From Candidatus Aphodenecus pullistercoris (GTDB lineage Bacteria > Spirochaetota > Spirochaetia > Sphaerochaetales > Sphaerochaetaceae), in assembly GCA_017694495.1 (NCBI GenBank), contig JADIMU010000009.1:3404-67403 (forward strand): a DNA stretch of 64,000 bases, read 5' to 3'. Each line of letters opens with the position of its first letter. Within the stretch, counting starts at the first letter, position 1. Positions 49,013 through 58,928 of the stretch are shown here, in pieces. A program made the position numbers and the translations under genes. The notes beneath the pieces were generated by a model. It had not been told where the DNA came from. It searched no databases and saw nothing but the letters and a program-made list of their open reading frames with translations.

Positions 49013-50887
49013 ATGCAGACAGAACTCAGCTACGGCGAGATCGCCTTCTCATACGACGCTTCCGTAATCGACCGCACGGCAGGCCGCAAGGGCATTGTCG
49101 GGCAGGACAGGGCGCTCAGGGCCCTGCGCTCGGCCCTCCACACCAACCGTCCAGGCTACAACATCTTCATCTGCGGCGACTTCGGCACAGGCAGGCTGTC
49201 GGCCGTGCGCGAGGCCGTCGAGGAGGTCATATCTGACGTGACCTTCATCAAGGACGTCATCTACGTCCACAACCCCCAGGACGTGAGCAGCCCGGTGGCC
49301 CTCATCCTTCCACCCGGCCAGGGCCGCCAGCTCGCATGCGAGCTCGAGAAGCTGGACGAAAAGGGCTACAGGGAGGCCCTCACCTCCCTCATCGCAGACT
49401 TCAGCGAGCAGCGCGTCAGGAACCACCTTGCCCTCCTCGCCGCAAGCCGCTGGGACGCCAGGATGGCCAAGCCCACCCTCGTCCTGGACAACTGCGGTGT
49501 GGAGAGGAGGCCCTTCATCATAGAGGCCCACCCCTCGTACACGAACCTCTTCGGCCGCGTCGAGGACGGACGCATCATCCCCGGCTCCTACCAGAAGGCT
49601 TCGGGAGGTTTCCTGCTGCTCTTCGCCGACGAGCTGCTTGCCGAGAAGGGGCTGTGGGACGAGCTCAAGCGCCACATGGACGCGACGGGCATGGCCGTGA
49701 AGGGAGGCCATGTGCAGGACGCCCTTGGCCGCGACTCCCGCCTCAGGCCCGAGGCCATAGGACTCCAGACCAAGATCATCCTCCTTGCAGGAGACGAGCT
49801 CTACGACCAGCTCAGCGAGAAGGACGCCGACTTCCTGCGCCTCTTCAAGTCGTCGCCACAGTTCGACTACCGCATGGAGGCGACGAAGGAGAACATCGCA
49901 GGGTGCACAGGCTACCTCATCGACGAGGCGGCGAACACTGGCCATGAGATCAGCGACGGGGCCCTGCTCCTCCTCCTGAGGCACTCCTCCTGGTTCGCAG
50001 AGAGCCGCGAGCACCTGTCCAGCCAGCTCGCACTGCTTGGCGACATCGTCAGCGAGGCGGCCAGCCTCTCACAGGGCACGATAGCTGAAGCCGACATCCA
50101 GGCGGTCATCGACGAGAGGGAGTACCATGTAGGACTCAGCGAGGACAGGATCAACGAGGAGATCGCCTCGGGCGACCTGCTCGTCGCCGTCGATGGCATG
50201 AAGGTCGGCATCGTCAACGGCCTGGCCGTCATGGACCGGGGACTCTCGTCCTTCGGCACGCCTGCCGTCATCTCGGCCACCGTCGCCCCGGGCAGCGAGG
50301 GCATCGTGAACATCGAGCACGAGGCGGGGCTGTCCGGAGAGATCCACGACAAGGGACTGCTCATCCTCGAAGGCTACCTGAGGAAGATGTACGCCATGAA
50401 CTTCCCGCTTTCCATCTACGCAGGCATCTGCTTCGAGCAGAACTACAGCGAGATCGACGGCGACAGCGCCTCCTCGTCTGAGCTCTACGCCCTGCTGTCG
50501 GCGATCGGGGAGATTCCTGTGCGCCAGGACATTGCCGTCACAGGCTCGGTCAACCAGATGGGCCTCCTGCAGCCTGTTGGTGGCATAAACGAGAAGGTCA
50601 GCGGCTTCTACCACAGCTGCCGCCGCGTAGGCTACACGGGGCGCCAGGGGATAATAATCCCGCGCCAGAACCTCAAGAACCTCATCCTCCCCAGGGAAGT
50701 CGAAGAGGCCGTGAAGGAAGGAAGTTTCCACATCTGGGCCGTAAGCGACATCGAGGAGGGAATGGAGATCATGACGGGCCTTCCCTCAGGGCAGCGCAAC
50801 GCACGTGGCATCTTCCCCTCGGGAAGCTTCAACCGCAGGATCGAGGACAGGTTGAAGAAGCTCTACGAGAGCGGCAAGTCAAGCTAG
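49013..50887 (+). CDS. Lon-like S16 protease
   Basis: IVGQDRA, GDFGTGR, DGDSASSSEL (catalytic Ser), VGGINEKV (catalytic Lys). Confidence 0.9.
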   Translation: MQTELSYGEIAFSYDASVIDRTAGRKGIVGQDRALRALRSALHTNRPGYNIFICGDFGTGRLSAVREAVEEVISDVTFIKDVIYVHNPQDVSSPVALILPPGQGRQLACELEKLDEKGYREALTSLIADFSEQRVRNHLALLAASRWDARMAKPTLVLDNCGVERRPFIIEAHPSYTNLFGRVEDGRIIPGSYQKASGGFLLLFADELLAEKGLWDELKRHMDATGMAVKGGHVQDALGRDSRLRPEAIGLQTKIILLAGDELYDQLSEKDADFLRLFKSSPQFDYRMEATKENIAGCTGYLIDEAANTGHEISDGALLLLLRHSSWFAESREHLSSQLALLGDIVSEAASLSQGTIAEADIQAVIDEREYHVGLSEDRINEEIASGDLLVAVDGMKVGIVNGLAVMDRGLSSFGTPAVISATVAPGSEGIVNIEHEAGLSGEIHDKGLLILEGYLRKMYAMNFPLSIYAGICFEQNYSEIDGDSASSSELYALLSAIGEIPVRQDIAVTGSVNQMGLLQPVGGINEKVSGFYHSCRRVGYTGRQGIIIPRQNLKNLILPREVEEAVKEGSFHIWAVSDIEEGMEIMTGLPSGQRNARGIFPSGSFNRRIEDRLKKLYESGKSS

Positions 50888-51613
50888 CGCCCAGCTGTGG
50901 AGCATGATGCCTGTGGCGACGGAGACGTTCAGGCTGCCCTTGGCGCCGAACTGCTCTATGCTCACCCGGCCATCGCACAGGGCCAGGACGTCGGGACTGA
51001 CGCCGTCCTCCTCGCTTCCGATGACGCAGATCCCATCCTCGGGGAAGTGGAAGTCGGAAATCTTGTCTCCACCAGTCTCCAGGGCGAAGACTGTGCGCCC
51101 CTTCAGGATGGACAGGTCCTCGACGACTGTGTGGGGCACGACGTCCACAGCGCCCCGAGAGGTCCGCAGGCAGCGTGGGGAGCCGACATCGCCACAACCT
51201 TCCCTGAGATAGATGTGGTCGACGCAGAAGCTCTCGGCCGAGCGGAAGATGGCCCCGATGTTGTAGGGTGAGCGGACGCGGTCCAGAAAGAGGCTGTGCG
51301 CCTTGATCCGCCGCGATGCGCCATCAAGATGGCCTTCGGCATCCAGGCTGTCCCAGTCGGCCATCTCCTCGCCCAGGGCCTGGAGGGCCAGCTGGTTGAT
51401 GTCCTTCAGGTAGAGGATGTCACGGTCCTCGAGGTACTTCATGTAGAGCCTGTGGAAGCGCTCCTTGTCACCTTCGCTGAGGAAGTCGAGCTTCTGGACG
51501 ATTCCATCGAGGGCGCGGATGTAGTCGTCGTTCGAGTCGGCAATCAGGAGCGAGGAGCACTTGCGCAGCCTCACGCGGGGCTTCAGGCCCTCAATCTTGC
51601 GTATCGTCAGCAT
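50879..51613 (-). CDS. TrmH/SpoU RNA methyltransferase
   Basis: PYNIGAIFRSA, IGSEEDG, SLNVSVA. Confidence 0.9.
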   Translation of the reverse strand: MLTIRKIEGLKPRVRLRKCSSLLIADSNDDYIRALDGIVQKLDFLSEGDKERFHRLYMKYLEDRDILYLKDINQLALQALGEEMADWDSLDAEGHLDGASRRIKAHSLFLDRVRSPYNIGAIFRSAESFCVDHIYLREGCGDVGSPRCLRTSRGAVDVVPHTVVEDLSILKGRTVFALETGGDKISDFHFPEDGICVIGSEEDGVSPDVLALCDGRVSIEQFGAKGSLNVSVATGIMLHSWALA

Positions 51614-52301
51614 CGTCCGCCTCCAGATGGGAGGATGGAACCACGACCAGTGCGAACTCTCCCTTTATGGCAGGCCTGGCCTTGAGGACTGCGACAAGCT
51701 CACCCACAGGCAGGCTGAGGATCTCCTCGAAGGCCTTCGTGAGCTCACGCCCCATGACGATGCGGGAGGCAGGATCCACTTCAGCCACATCCTCGAGCGT
51801 CTTGACCACACGGAAGGGGGACTCGTAGATGACGAAGGCTTCCCCCCGACCCACAAGCTCCTCCAGACGGCGCCTCCGCCTGCCCTTCTTGGGAGACAGG
51901 AAACCTTCGAAGGTGAAAGTCCTGCCCACATTGCCCGCCGCGCTGAGAAGCGTCACTGCGGCATTGGCTCCAGGAAGTGGGACGACGGGATGCCCCGCCT
52001 GCCTCACGGCCTCGGCCAGCCGCGCTCCGGGGTCCGAGATGCCCGGCGTGCCTGCATCGGAAAGGTAGGCGACGTCCTCACCCCTGTCCAGGAGGGCGAT
52101 GATGCCCTTGGCGCTCTCACCCTCGTTGTGGGCGTGGCATGCGATGCACCTCTTGGAGAGGTTGAAGTGCTTCAGAAGCTGTCCTGTATGCCTCGTATCC
52201 TCACATGCGACGACGGAGACGGACTCGAGGACCTTGAGGGCCCTCAGCGTGATGTCCTCCATGTTGCCGATGGGACTTGCGACCATGTAAAGCGTGCTCA
52301 T
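51591..52301 (-). CDS. rsmI: 16S rRNA C1402 2'-O-methyltransferase
   Basis: LYMVASPIGNMEDIT, CEDTRHT, SDAGTPGISDPG, YESPFR, RELTK. Confidence 0.95.
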   Translation of the reverse strand: MSTLYMVASPIGNMEDITLRALKVLESVSVVACEDTRHTGQLLKHFNLSKRCIACHAHNEGESAKGIIALLDRGEDVAYLSDAGTPGISDPGARLAEAVRQAGHPVVPLPGANAAVTLLSAAGNVGRTFTFEGFLSPKKGRRRRRLEELVGRGEAFVIYESPFRVVKTLEDVAEVDPASRIVMGRELTKAFEEILSLPVGELVAVLKARPAIKGEFALVVVPSSHLEADDADDTQD

Positions 52302-52320
52302 GTGATGACCTTAGCACAGC

Positions 52321-54483
52321 TCAGGGAAGGAGGGCGAGAGAGGCGCGCGTCGAGATCGTCCTCGTCGTCCTCATTCCGTCGAACTGGATGACGTGCGCCC
52401 TCTTGTCGAGGTCGAGGCCTACGATGGTGCCATCCCCGAAGCTCTTGTGGTGGACCCTCGTACCGATGGAAAGGAAGCCCTTCGTCCTGTCATCCTCGTC
52501 CAGGAGTCCGCTGTCCGTGAGCCCGATCCGGCTCTGGGCCCTGTCGACCAGCTCCTCGGAGGGCGGGTTCTCGACTTCCATGAGGCTCTGGTCGATCTCC
52601 AGGAGGAAGCGCGATGGATAGCGCACCAGGCCCTCGTGCCCCATGCCGGCGGCCTCGCTCAGGAAGAGGCCGTCCTCGGCCCTCGTGAGGGCGACGAAGG
52701 CGAGCCTCCTCTCCTCCTCCATCGCCTGGATGGTGCGCACCTTGCGCGAGGGCAGGATGCCCTCGTTCAGACCGCATACGAAGACGTGGGGGAACTCGAG
52801 GCCCTTGGCCGCGTGGATCGTCATCAATCGGATGCGGTCTCCACCATTGGGCTCGTCGCTGTTCGTGTACAGGGCGACGTGGCGCAGGTAGTCCTCGAGG
52901 CCCGCCTCCTCTCCGCAGCTCGTCTCGTAGTCCCAGACGGCCTGCTTGAGCTCGGCCAGGTTGTCGAGCCGCTCCTGGCTGCCCTCGGTGCGCAGCATCC
53001 TCTCGTAGCCGCTCTCGTCAAGGAGCTGGGAGAGCACCTCGGAGGCGGGACGGCCTTGCCAGGAGGACGAGAAGCGCTCCACGAGGTCGACGAGGTCCCC
53101 TGCCCCCGTCCCCTTGAAGATGGCATCCTCCAGATTCTCCCTGAGCACTTCGTACAGCCCCCGCCCCTCGGCCGTGGCCCTCTCCTCGAGCCAGGCCATG
53201 CGCCGCTTGCCCAGATTGCGCTTGGGCCTGTTGGCCACACGTCGGAAGGAGAGGTCGTCCTGGAAGACGATGAGGCGCAGGTAGCTCAATGCGTCCTTGA
53301 CCTCGCTCCTCAGGTAGAAGGGTACCCCGCTGTAGATCGCATACGGCAGCCTGCGCTCCAGGAGGACCTTCTCCAGTGGCCGCGTCAGATAGTGGGCGCG
53401 GTAGAGGATGGCGATGTCCCTCCAGGCGGCGCCGGAGTCATGGAGACAGGCGATCTGGTCACAGATCCAGCCTGCCTCCTTGTCGGCGTCTGGAGCGTAG
53501 TGGCAGCGCACCGGAGTACCCGCCTCCCTCATCGGAATGAGCGCCTTCTCGATCCTCGAGCGGTTGTGGGCGATCAGGCTGTTGGCCACGGCGACGATCG
53601 AGCCTGTGGAGCGGTAGTCCTCCATCATCATGATCGTCTTCACGTCAGGATAGTCCTTTTCGAGGTTCATCATGTACTCGTGGCTCGCCCCACGCCAGGA
53701 GTAGATCGTCTGGTCGCTGTCGCCGACGACGAAGAGGTTGCCATGGTGGGCGGCGAGGACTTGCATGAGCTCGTACTGCTGGCCGTCGATGTCCTGCATC
53801 TCGTCGATCATGATGTACTCGAGACGCTGCTGCCACTTCAGCCTTATCTCTGGCCGCTCGCGGAAGATGTGGAGCGTCAGGTAGATCAGGTCGTTGTAGT
53901 CCAGTGCGAAGCACTTCTTCTCCTGGTAGAGGTAGCCGTAGAAGATGATCTCGGCCGGCAGCGTCGCCGTATCAGCCTTGGCCTTGAGCGAGTCGAGAGG
54001 CAAGGCGATCAGGTCCTTGTAGTAGTCCTTGTCAGTGACGCACTTGCGCACTTCTATCATGTCGCGGGCCTTGGCGTAGGTCATGTCCTGGAGCGTCAGT
54101 CCCCTCTCCTCGTATATCGTGGAAAGCATCGAGTCTATGTCGCTGTTGTCCAGGACGAAGAAGCTCTTGGGAAAGCCCACGGCATGGCTGTCCTCCTGGA
54201 GGACGGCGACACAGAAGCCGTGGAAGGTGGACACGTAGCCCGTGTCGTCATCCCCGGTCAATGCATGGATGCGCTGCCGCATCTCGTTCGCCGCCTTGTT
54301 GGTGAAGGTCACGCACAGTATGTTGCCAGGCATGATGCCCAGTTCGCTGACAAGATAGGCGAAGCGCCGCGTCAGGGCGCGAGTCTTGCCGCTGCCCGCG
54401 CCGGCGACGACGCGCAACACACCCTCCGTGGTGGTCACAGCCAGCCTCTGCGCCTCGTTCAGTCCTTCCAGAAGATCGTCCAT
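52321..54483 (-). CDS. pcrA: UvrD/PcrA DNA helicase
   Basis: AGAGSGKT, TFTNKAA, DEMQD, VGDSDQTIYSWRGA, TIHAAKGLEF, EERRLAFVALTRA. Confidence 0.9.
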   Translation of the reverse strand: MDDLLEGLNEAQRLAVTTTEGVLRVVAGAGSGKTRALTRRFAYLVSELGIMPGNILCVTFTNKAANEMRQRIHALTGDDDTGYVSTFHGFCVAVLQEDSHAVGFPKSFFVLDNSDIDSMLSTIYEERGLTLQDMTYAKARDMIEVRKCVTDKDYYKDLIALPLDSLKAKADTATLPAEIIFYGYLYQEKKCFALDYNDLIYLTLHIFRERPEIRLKWQQRLEYIMIDEMQDIDGQQYELMQVLAAHHGNLFVVGDSDQTIYSWRGASHEYMMNLEKDYPDVKTIMMMEDYRSTGSIVAVANSLIAHNRSRIEKALIPMREAGTPVRCHYAPDADKEAGWICDQIACLHDSGAAWRDIAILYRAHYLTRPLEKVLLERRLPYAIYSGVPFYLRSEVKDALSYLRLIVFQDDLSFRRVANRPKRNLGKRRMAWLEERATAEGRGLYEVLRENLEDAIFKGTGAGDLVDLVERFSSSWQGRPASEVLSQLLDESGYERMLRTEGSQERLDNLAELKQAVWDYETSCGEEAGLEDYLRHVALYTNSDEPNGGDRIRLMTIHAAKGLEFPHVFVCGLNEGILPSRKVRTIQAMEEERRLAFVALTRAEDGLFLSEAAGMGHEGLVRYPSRFLLEIDQSLMEVENPPSEELVDRAQSRIGLTDSGLLDEDDRTKGFLSIGTRVHHKSFGDGTIVGLDLDKRAHVIQFDGMRTTRTISTRASLALLP

Positions 54484-54510
54484 GTCCTGATGATAGCACT
54501 GGGCCGGACA
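54483..54510. repeat. 28-bp direct repeat, copy A
   Basis: TGTCCTGATGATAGCACTGGGCCGGACA, identical at 59200-59227. Confidence 0.95.
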
Positions 54511-54592
54511 TGCGGGAAAGGCAGGGCGGACAGCAGGAATATCTCACAGCCGATGTATTGAAAAGTAATCCAAAATATATTACCATTCAAAC

Positions 54593-54859
54593 ATGAGATA
54601 CGAAGCCAGGATGTCCGCCAAATTCGAGAAAGTCATAAAGCAGATGCCGGCAAATGCAAGACAGACGCTGTATCGACTTGTTGACGACATCAAGGCCTCA
54701 GGACCAGTGCAACCTGGATACCACAACTACAGCAAACTTGGCAAGAATACTTATCATTGCCATCTTGCTTATCGCTGGGTTGCCTGTTGGCGAAATGAAA
54801 AGGGAAAGCTGATTGTGGAGGTGGAATATGTTGGTAGTCGTGAGAAAGCCCCATACTGA
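54593..54859 (+). CDS. RelE/HigB-like toxin
   Basis: 88 aa basic protein, YHCHLAYRWVACW..EYVGSRE; promoter TTGAAA-N17-TACCAT-N6-ATG. Confidence 0.75.
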   Translation: MRYEARMSAKFEKVIKQMPANARQTLYRLVDDIKASGPVQPGYHNYSKLGKNTYHCHLAYRWVACWRNEKGKLIVEVEYVGSREKAPY

Positions 54860-55187
54860 GTTCACTTTGAACGGAAATGTTCCTGCAAAGCTCATTCGGA
54901 CTCTTGTTTGCGAATATGGTGCTGACAATGTAAAGATCGAAGAAGAAGACATGATGAATGTCGATGACATGGATTGGTACAAAGAAGAAGCTGCAAAGGA
55001 TACGCCCGGCAAAGCCCTCCGTTTCTATCGCAGGCTCAAAGGCCTGACCCAGCCGGAACTTGCAAAGATGTTGGGAACCACAAAGCAGTTCATTTCCAAT
55101 CTGGAGAACGACAGAAAGCCGATCAGCAGGATGATGGCGAAAAAGCTTTCTGAGATTTTCGATGTTCCTCCTTCAAGATTCATCTGA
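54828..55187 (+). CDS. HigA-like XRE antitoxin
   Basis: LRFYRRLKGLTQPELAKMLGTTKQFISNLEND; follows the toxin. Confidence 0.8.
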   Translation: MLVVVRKPHTEFTLNGNVPAKLIRTLVCEYGADNVKIEEEDMMNVDDMDWYKEEAAKDTPGKALRFYRRLKGLTQPELAKMLGTTKQFISNLENDRKPISRMMAKKLSEIFDVPPSRFI

Positions 55188-55290
55188 GCTGATCATTGCG
55201 GGTGGTGAGCGGCAAGCGGACAGGTTCCCATCTCTGATTGTGGCGCCCTACTGCCAACCATCATGCGTGACGAAGAGGCAAGGGCGCTGA

Positions 55291-55944
55291 TCAGCAGAAG
55301 GGTATGCGAAGAAGCCTCATGAAATCCTTCTGGGTCTGCAACTCGCTCTTCGCGATGAAATCTATGAAATAATCCAGTCGACCTTTGCCGAGACGATAAC
55401 TTCGCAAGGCGGTAATGTAGTCATGCCGCAAGACTGGAGGAATCGCTACGGGGAGGTATCCATGCTGAAGTAGGATTGTGTTCATCACCAGCCGAGACAC
55501 TCTCCCATTCCCACCCCTGAAAGGATGGATCGAGACCAGTCTCGCATGTGCCTCGGCGGCAAATGCGACAACATCCTCTGTCTCATGAGGGCCGGCCAAC
55601 CACGACACGAAACCATCAAACAAGGCAGGGATGTCTTTGTATGATGGCAGGCTCTCGTCAAGCCCAGTAATGACAACATCGACGTCTCGAAGTCTGCCAG
55701 GGTGCAAGTCTGGCTGGGAGAATGCGACAAGCTCATGGAAATGAAGCACATCCTCTTTCGAGATCGTATTCGACTCAAGCAGAGTGAACATGAAGTCATA
55801 GGCCTTTCCTCCACCGATGGCCTCAAAAAGCTCTCCCAGAGTATGATTGCCGACAGTCACACCGTCTGTGAGGATGATGGCGGTCTCATCCTCTGTGAGC
55901 GTGTTCCCCTCAATGGCATTGGAACTCCAGACCGTCGGAATCCT
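55291..55944 (-). pseudogene. Fic protein, 3' part (interrupted by the tnpB element)
   Basis: RIPTVWSSNAIEGNTLT..HPFRGGNGRVSR; frame continues the 5' part at 58929-59036. Confidence 0.9.
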
Positions 55945-56150
55945 GTGAACTACCCCATCCTTCGCTGATGCTTGGAGGATGGAGCTTCCGGGCTCTTTCC
56001 CTTCTCAGGGCGTCTCGCGGAACGCTTCCATATCTCATACGAGGTATGGAAGCCTGACATCCGCTCCTCCGGAGTTCCCGTATGTTCCGTACGGGTGCAG
56101 GACAATTCATGCTCTCCTGCAAGAAGCAATGTCTTCGCAGCCTTGACGTC
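55945..56150 (-). ncRNA. Probable TnpB omega-RNA scaffold (5' end approximate)
   Basis: Known position over the tnpB 3' end and right-end hairpin; guide would be the flank AGGATTCCGACGGTCTGG. Confidence 0.5.
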
Positions 56151-56507
56151 ACGGTCCTCAGCGTATCCGCAGTCGCATGTGAACATCCTGTCGGAAAGCG
56201 TGATGCCCTCATTGATGGCTCCACAGCGCGGACACATCCTCGTCGAAGGGAAGAACCTGTCTACGACAAGGACATTCGGATTGGACATCAGCTTGCCCTT
56301 CAGCGTCCCAAGCGCACTGTTCTGCACCTGCCTGCCGAAGAGCCCCTTGTGCCATCCTGCGATGTTCTCATCCTGGATGACGATGAGCCTCCTCCCCTTT
56401 GTGATGTCATGGTATGCCTGGTTGGCCTTTGCCCGCCGCCTGTTGGCGAGCTTCTCGTACTCCCTCCTGATGAGATGTCTCGTATCATACCAGCCCCTGG
56501 ACCCCTT
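55950..56507 (-). pseudogene. tnpB: TnpB, C-terminal part
   Basis: KGSRGW, IVIQDENI, FFPSTRMCPRCG..FTCDCG..DRDVKAA. Confidence 0.9.
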
Positions 56508-56529
56508 CATATGATGTGACCTCTGTCAA

Positions 56530-56795
56530 GTACCAATTTCTACTTTTATTGCTCCTTGTATGCCATGTAATTATGTACTTCCAGGCTCTCCAGGCAGACT
56601 GAATCAGTTTTTCAGCATTTGACCACTTTCATATTCATGGATTGGTTACCGTAGGCCAATGGTCCGCTTACTGCCCGTTCCGTTTATTCTCGAGAATCAG
56701 GTGTTTTCCTGTCTCAAAGGGTTCTCGAAGATGGCAAGATCTTGACTGTCGTCAGCCTGCCAGGACAACCCGGAAGCATCTGTTTCCGATTCCTG
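56530..56795 (-). ncRNA. Candidate bridge/seek RNA region
   Basis: ~270-nt structured non-coding region 3' of the recombinase, with stem-loops CGGAA..TTCCG, TCGAGAA..TTCTCGA and GACCA..TGGTC. Confidence 0.55.
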
Positions 56796-57941
56796 TCACA
56801 CGGATGCGGAAGACGACGAATCGTAGTTGCCTGTCATCATCCCCCAGATGAAGCAGGCAAGCTCCCTGGCACATGCAGCCTTTGCTACATTCGTAGCCTT
56901 TCCGCTCTCCTTGAGGCTGATGAACTTCTTCTTTATCCTTGCCGTTCCCCTGTCCGCATAGGCGATGACATCCGGATCCTGTCCTGCCTGCCTTGAAAGG
57001 AGCCTCTTGGACTTCCTGTACAGGTTGGAACGTGCAATAGAGTTCGCACTCTCGCACAGCACCTTCCTGCAATGGCTGTTGCCCGCCTTCGTGATGCCAG
57101 TCTTCTGGATGCTCCTGCCACTCGAGTGCTCTCCCGGACACAGGCCTAGGAAGGAGGCGAACTGGTCGGCGGTCCCGAACCTGCTGAAATCCCCGACCTC
57201 GGTCACCATCACCATCGCCACATGCGTGTCGATGCCTGCGAAGCAACGGAGCTTGCCGACAGCCTCCTCATAGCATTCCTCTTTCGAGAACGCCTCGATC
57301 CGGGCATCGAGCAGCACGATGGCATCCATCAGCCTCGTGACCTCGTTCAGGTACTCGGTGAATGTGATCTGGTCCACCTCGTTGTCGAACTTCTGCCTCT
57401 TCAGCCAGTCCATGTGATTCTGTGTCCAAGTGTTCCCCTCGCAGTACTTCCTGTCCCTTCTGAGGAGGAAGGACTGGATGTGCTGCTTCGCCCTCTTCAG
57501 CTCATCCTTCCTGTCGTCACGCATCCTTATGTAATCCCTGTACGCCTCATCCTCCTCGCTCAGGGGGACGACTTCGGAATAGGAGCCCCAGTAGACGGCC
57601 CTTGCCAAGGTCCTCGCATCCCTGGCATCAGTCTTCACCCTGTTGCCCGCCACGGGCTTGTAGATGCTCGTAGGAGCCATGACATGGCATCTGATGCCGG
57701 CCTTCTCAAGACTCCTCTTGAGGCCGAAGCCGGTTGGGCCAGCCTCGTACCCGACCTCAATCGACACGGGGACGCCCATCTCCTTCCTCAGCCTGTCCAC
57801 ATAGGCGACAACGCTCTTGGGAGCCGCAACTGTGGTGCATTCTGCGACAAACGATCCGGACTGCGGATTGAAGGTGCTCAGCGAATACGAATCCTTATGG
57901 ACATCAATGCCGATCGTTCTTACAATTTCATTGGTTTTCAT
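56796..57941 (-). CDS. IS110-family DEDD recombinase
   Basis: GIDVHK, YEAGPTG, KTDARDA, GEHSSG..GITKAGN. Confidence 0.95.
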   Translation of the reverse strand: MKTNEIVRTIGIDVHKDSYSLSTFNPQSGSFVAECTTVAAPKSVVAYVDRLRKEMGVPVSIEVGYEAGPTGFGLKRSLEKAGIRCHVMAPTSIYKPVAGNRVKTDARDARTLARAVYWGSYSEVVPLSEEDEAYRDYIRMRDDRKDELKRAKQHIQSFLLRRDRKYCEGNTWTQNHMDWLKRQKFDNEVDQITFTEYLNEVTRLMDAIVLLDARIEAFSKEECYEEAVGKLRCFAGIDTHVAMVMVTEVGDFSRFGTADQFASFLGLCPGEHSSGRSIQKTGITKAGNSHCRKVLCESANSIARSNLYRKSKRLLSRQAGQDPDVIAYADRGTARIKKKFISLKESGKATNVAKAACARELACFIWGMMTGNYDSSSSASV

Positions 57942-58043
57942 GAAGTGATCTCCTTTGCATGCGGTAAGGCACGCCTGTTTGGTTTAGACAATGGTATTGC
58001 CGAATCCACGATCCTGCAAATCCGAGGTCACTTCATATTGTTT

Positions 58044-58832
58044 CTTCTGGCGGGCAAGCTTCTTCTGCAGGCCCTTGAGGCGTTCCGGTTCTCGGACTGT
58101 TATGTCGTACTTCTCACCTTCGGAGGTGGTTATCGTCGTCTTGATGCCGAAGTCGAGGCCGATGGCAGGCTTGTTCCCAAGCTTCACATTCCCCTCATGC
58201 TTCGGGATGTAGCAAGTGAGCATGAGATATATCCCTGACGGCCTCTTCAACAGCTTCGCATTGGCGAATTCCGCATCGTCGGGAATCTGGTCCATCCCGA
58301 ACACTCTTATGGGCCGCTTGATGCCTGAGATGTGGAAGGTGTTCTTGTATTTGCCATTCTTGTCGCCCTCTGGACCATGGCAGATCCAATGCGTATCCCT
58401 GTACTGGTTGAGTTCTATCGCATTGTATCCACTTCTGAACTTCAGCTTGCCGTTCCTCTTTCCTGTCTTCCTGCGTTTCGCTGCAAGGGAAGCCATGTCA
58501 CGCTTGAGTGACGAATACACCGACTGGATGAACTTTGCAGGCATTGTAAGCTGGCGTTCGACAGCATTGCCGTCCTTGTCGAGGGATGTGATTGTCCTGG
58601 TCTTGGCGTCAAAGGATTTGAAATCGGACTCTGGAAGTGAGATGAGGTAATTGCATAGCCAGCGGCACTGTGTGAAGTAGTGCCAGAGCTTCTCCTGCTC
58701 TGCCCTGTTCAGGCACTTGAGATCGAGTTTCAGTTCCACACAGAGCGGACGCATCGATGCATGACGGATACGGGTCTCCTTGCCGTGCTCCTTGATGGCG
58801 TTGTTCTTTCCGATGCGTGCCGATTCATCCAT
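58044..58832 (-). pseudogene. tnpB: TnpB, N-terminal part
   Basis: HTH/WED-like region, RuvC-I AIGLDFGIK, RLKGLQKKLARQK at the junction. Confidence 0.9.
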
Positions 58833-58928
58833 AACTTATTGTACCACAGCTGATTGGATTGTCCAATATGAATCTGCGGCAATTCATCTCCACCCTGAAG
58901 AGGATGGTGTCCTCTTGCCGATTCTCTG

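Larger units (their letters stand above)
56506..58043 (-). mobile_element. IS110-family element, IS1111 type
   Basis: Subterminal 15-bp IRs ATATGAAGTGACCTC (58038-58024) and GAGGTCACATCATAT (56523-56509); long downstream non-coding region; AA (or GAAG) core at both junctions. Confidence 0.88.
55945..58928 (-). mobile_element. IS200/IS605-family tnpB-only element carrying a nested IS110-family element
   Basis: Left-end hairpin CCATCC-tcttca-GGGTGG (58907-58890); right-end hairpin 55984-55953 followed by TAGTTCAC; removal restores fic in frame. Confidence 0.88.

Noticed and set aside
52393-54561. Long antisense ORFs (also 2859-4235, 4235-5491, 28923-30341, 49049-50014)
   Set aside because: Shadow frames of GC-biased genes with no recognisable motifs.
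55945-58928. IStron
   Set aside because: Only about 95 bp lie between the left end and tnpB, too short for a group I intron.
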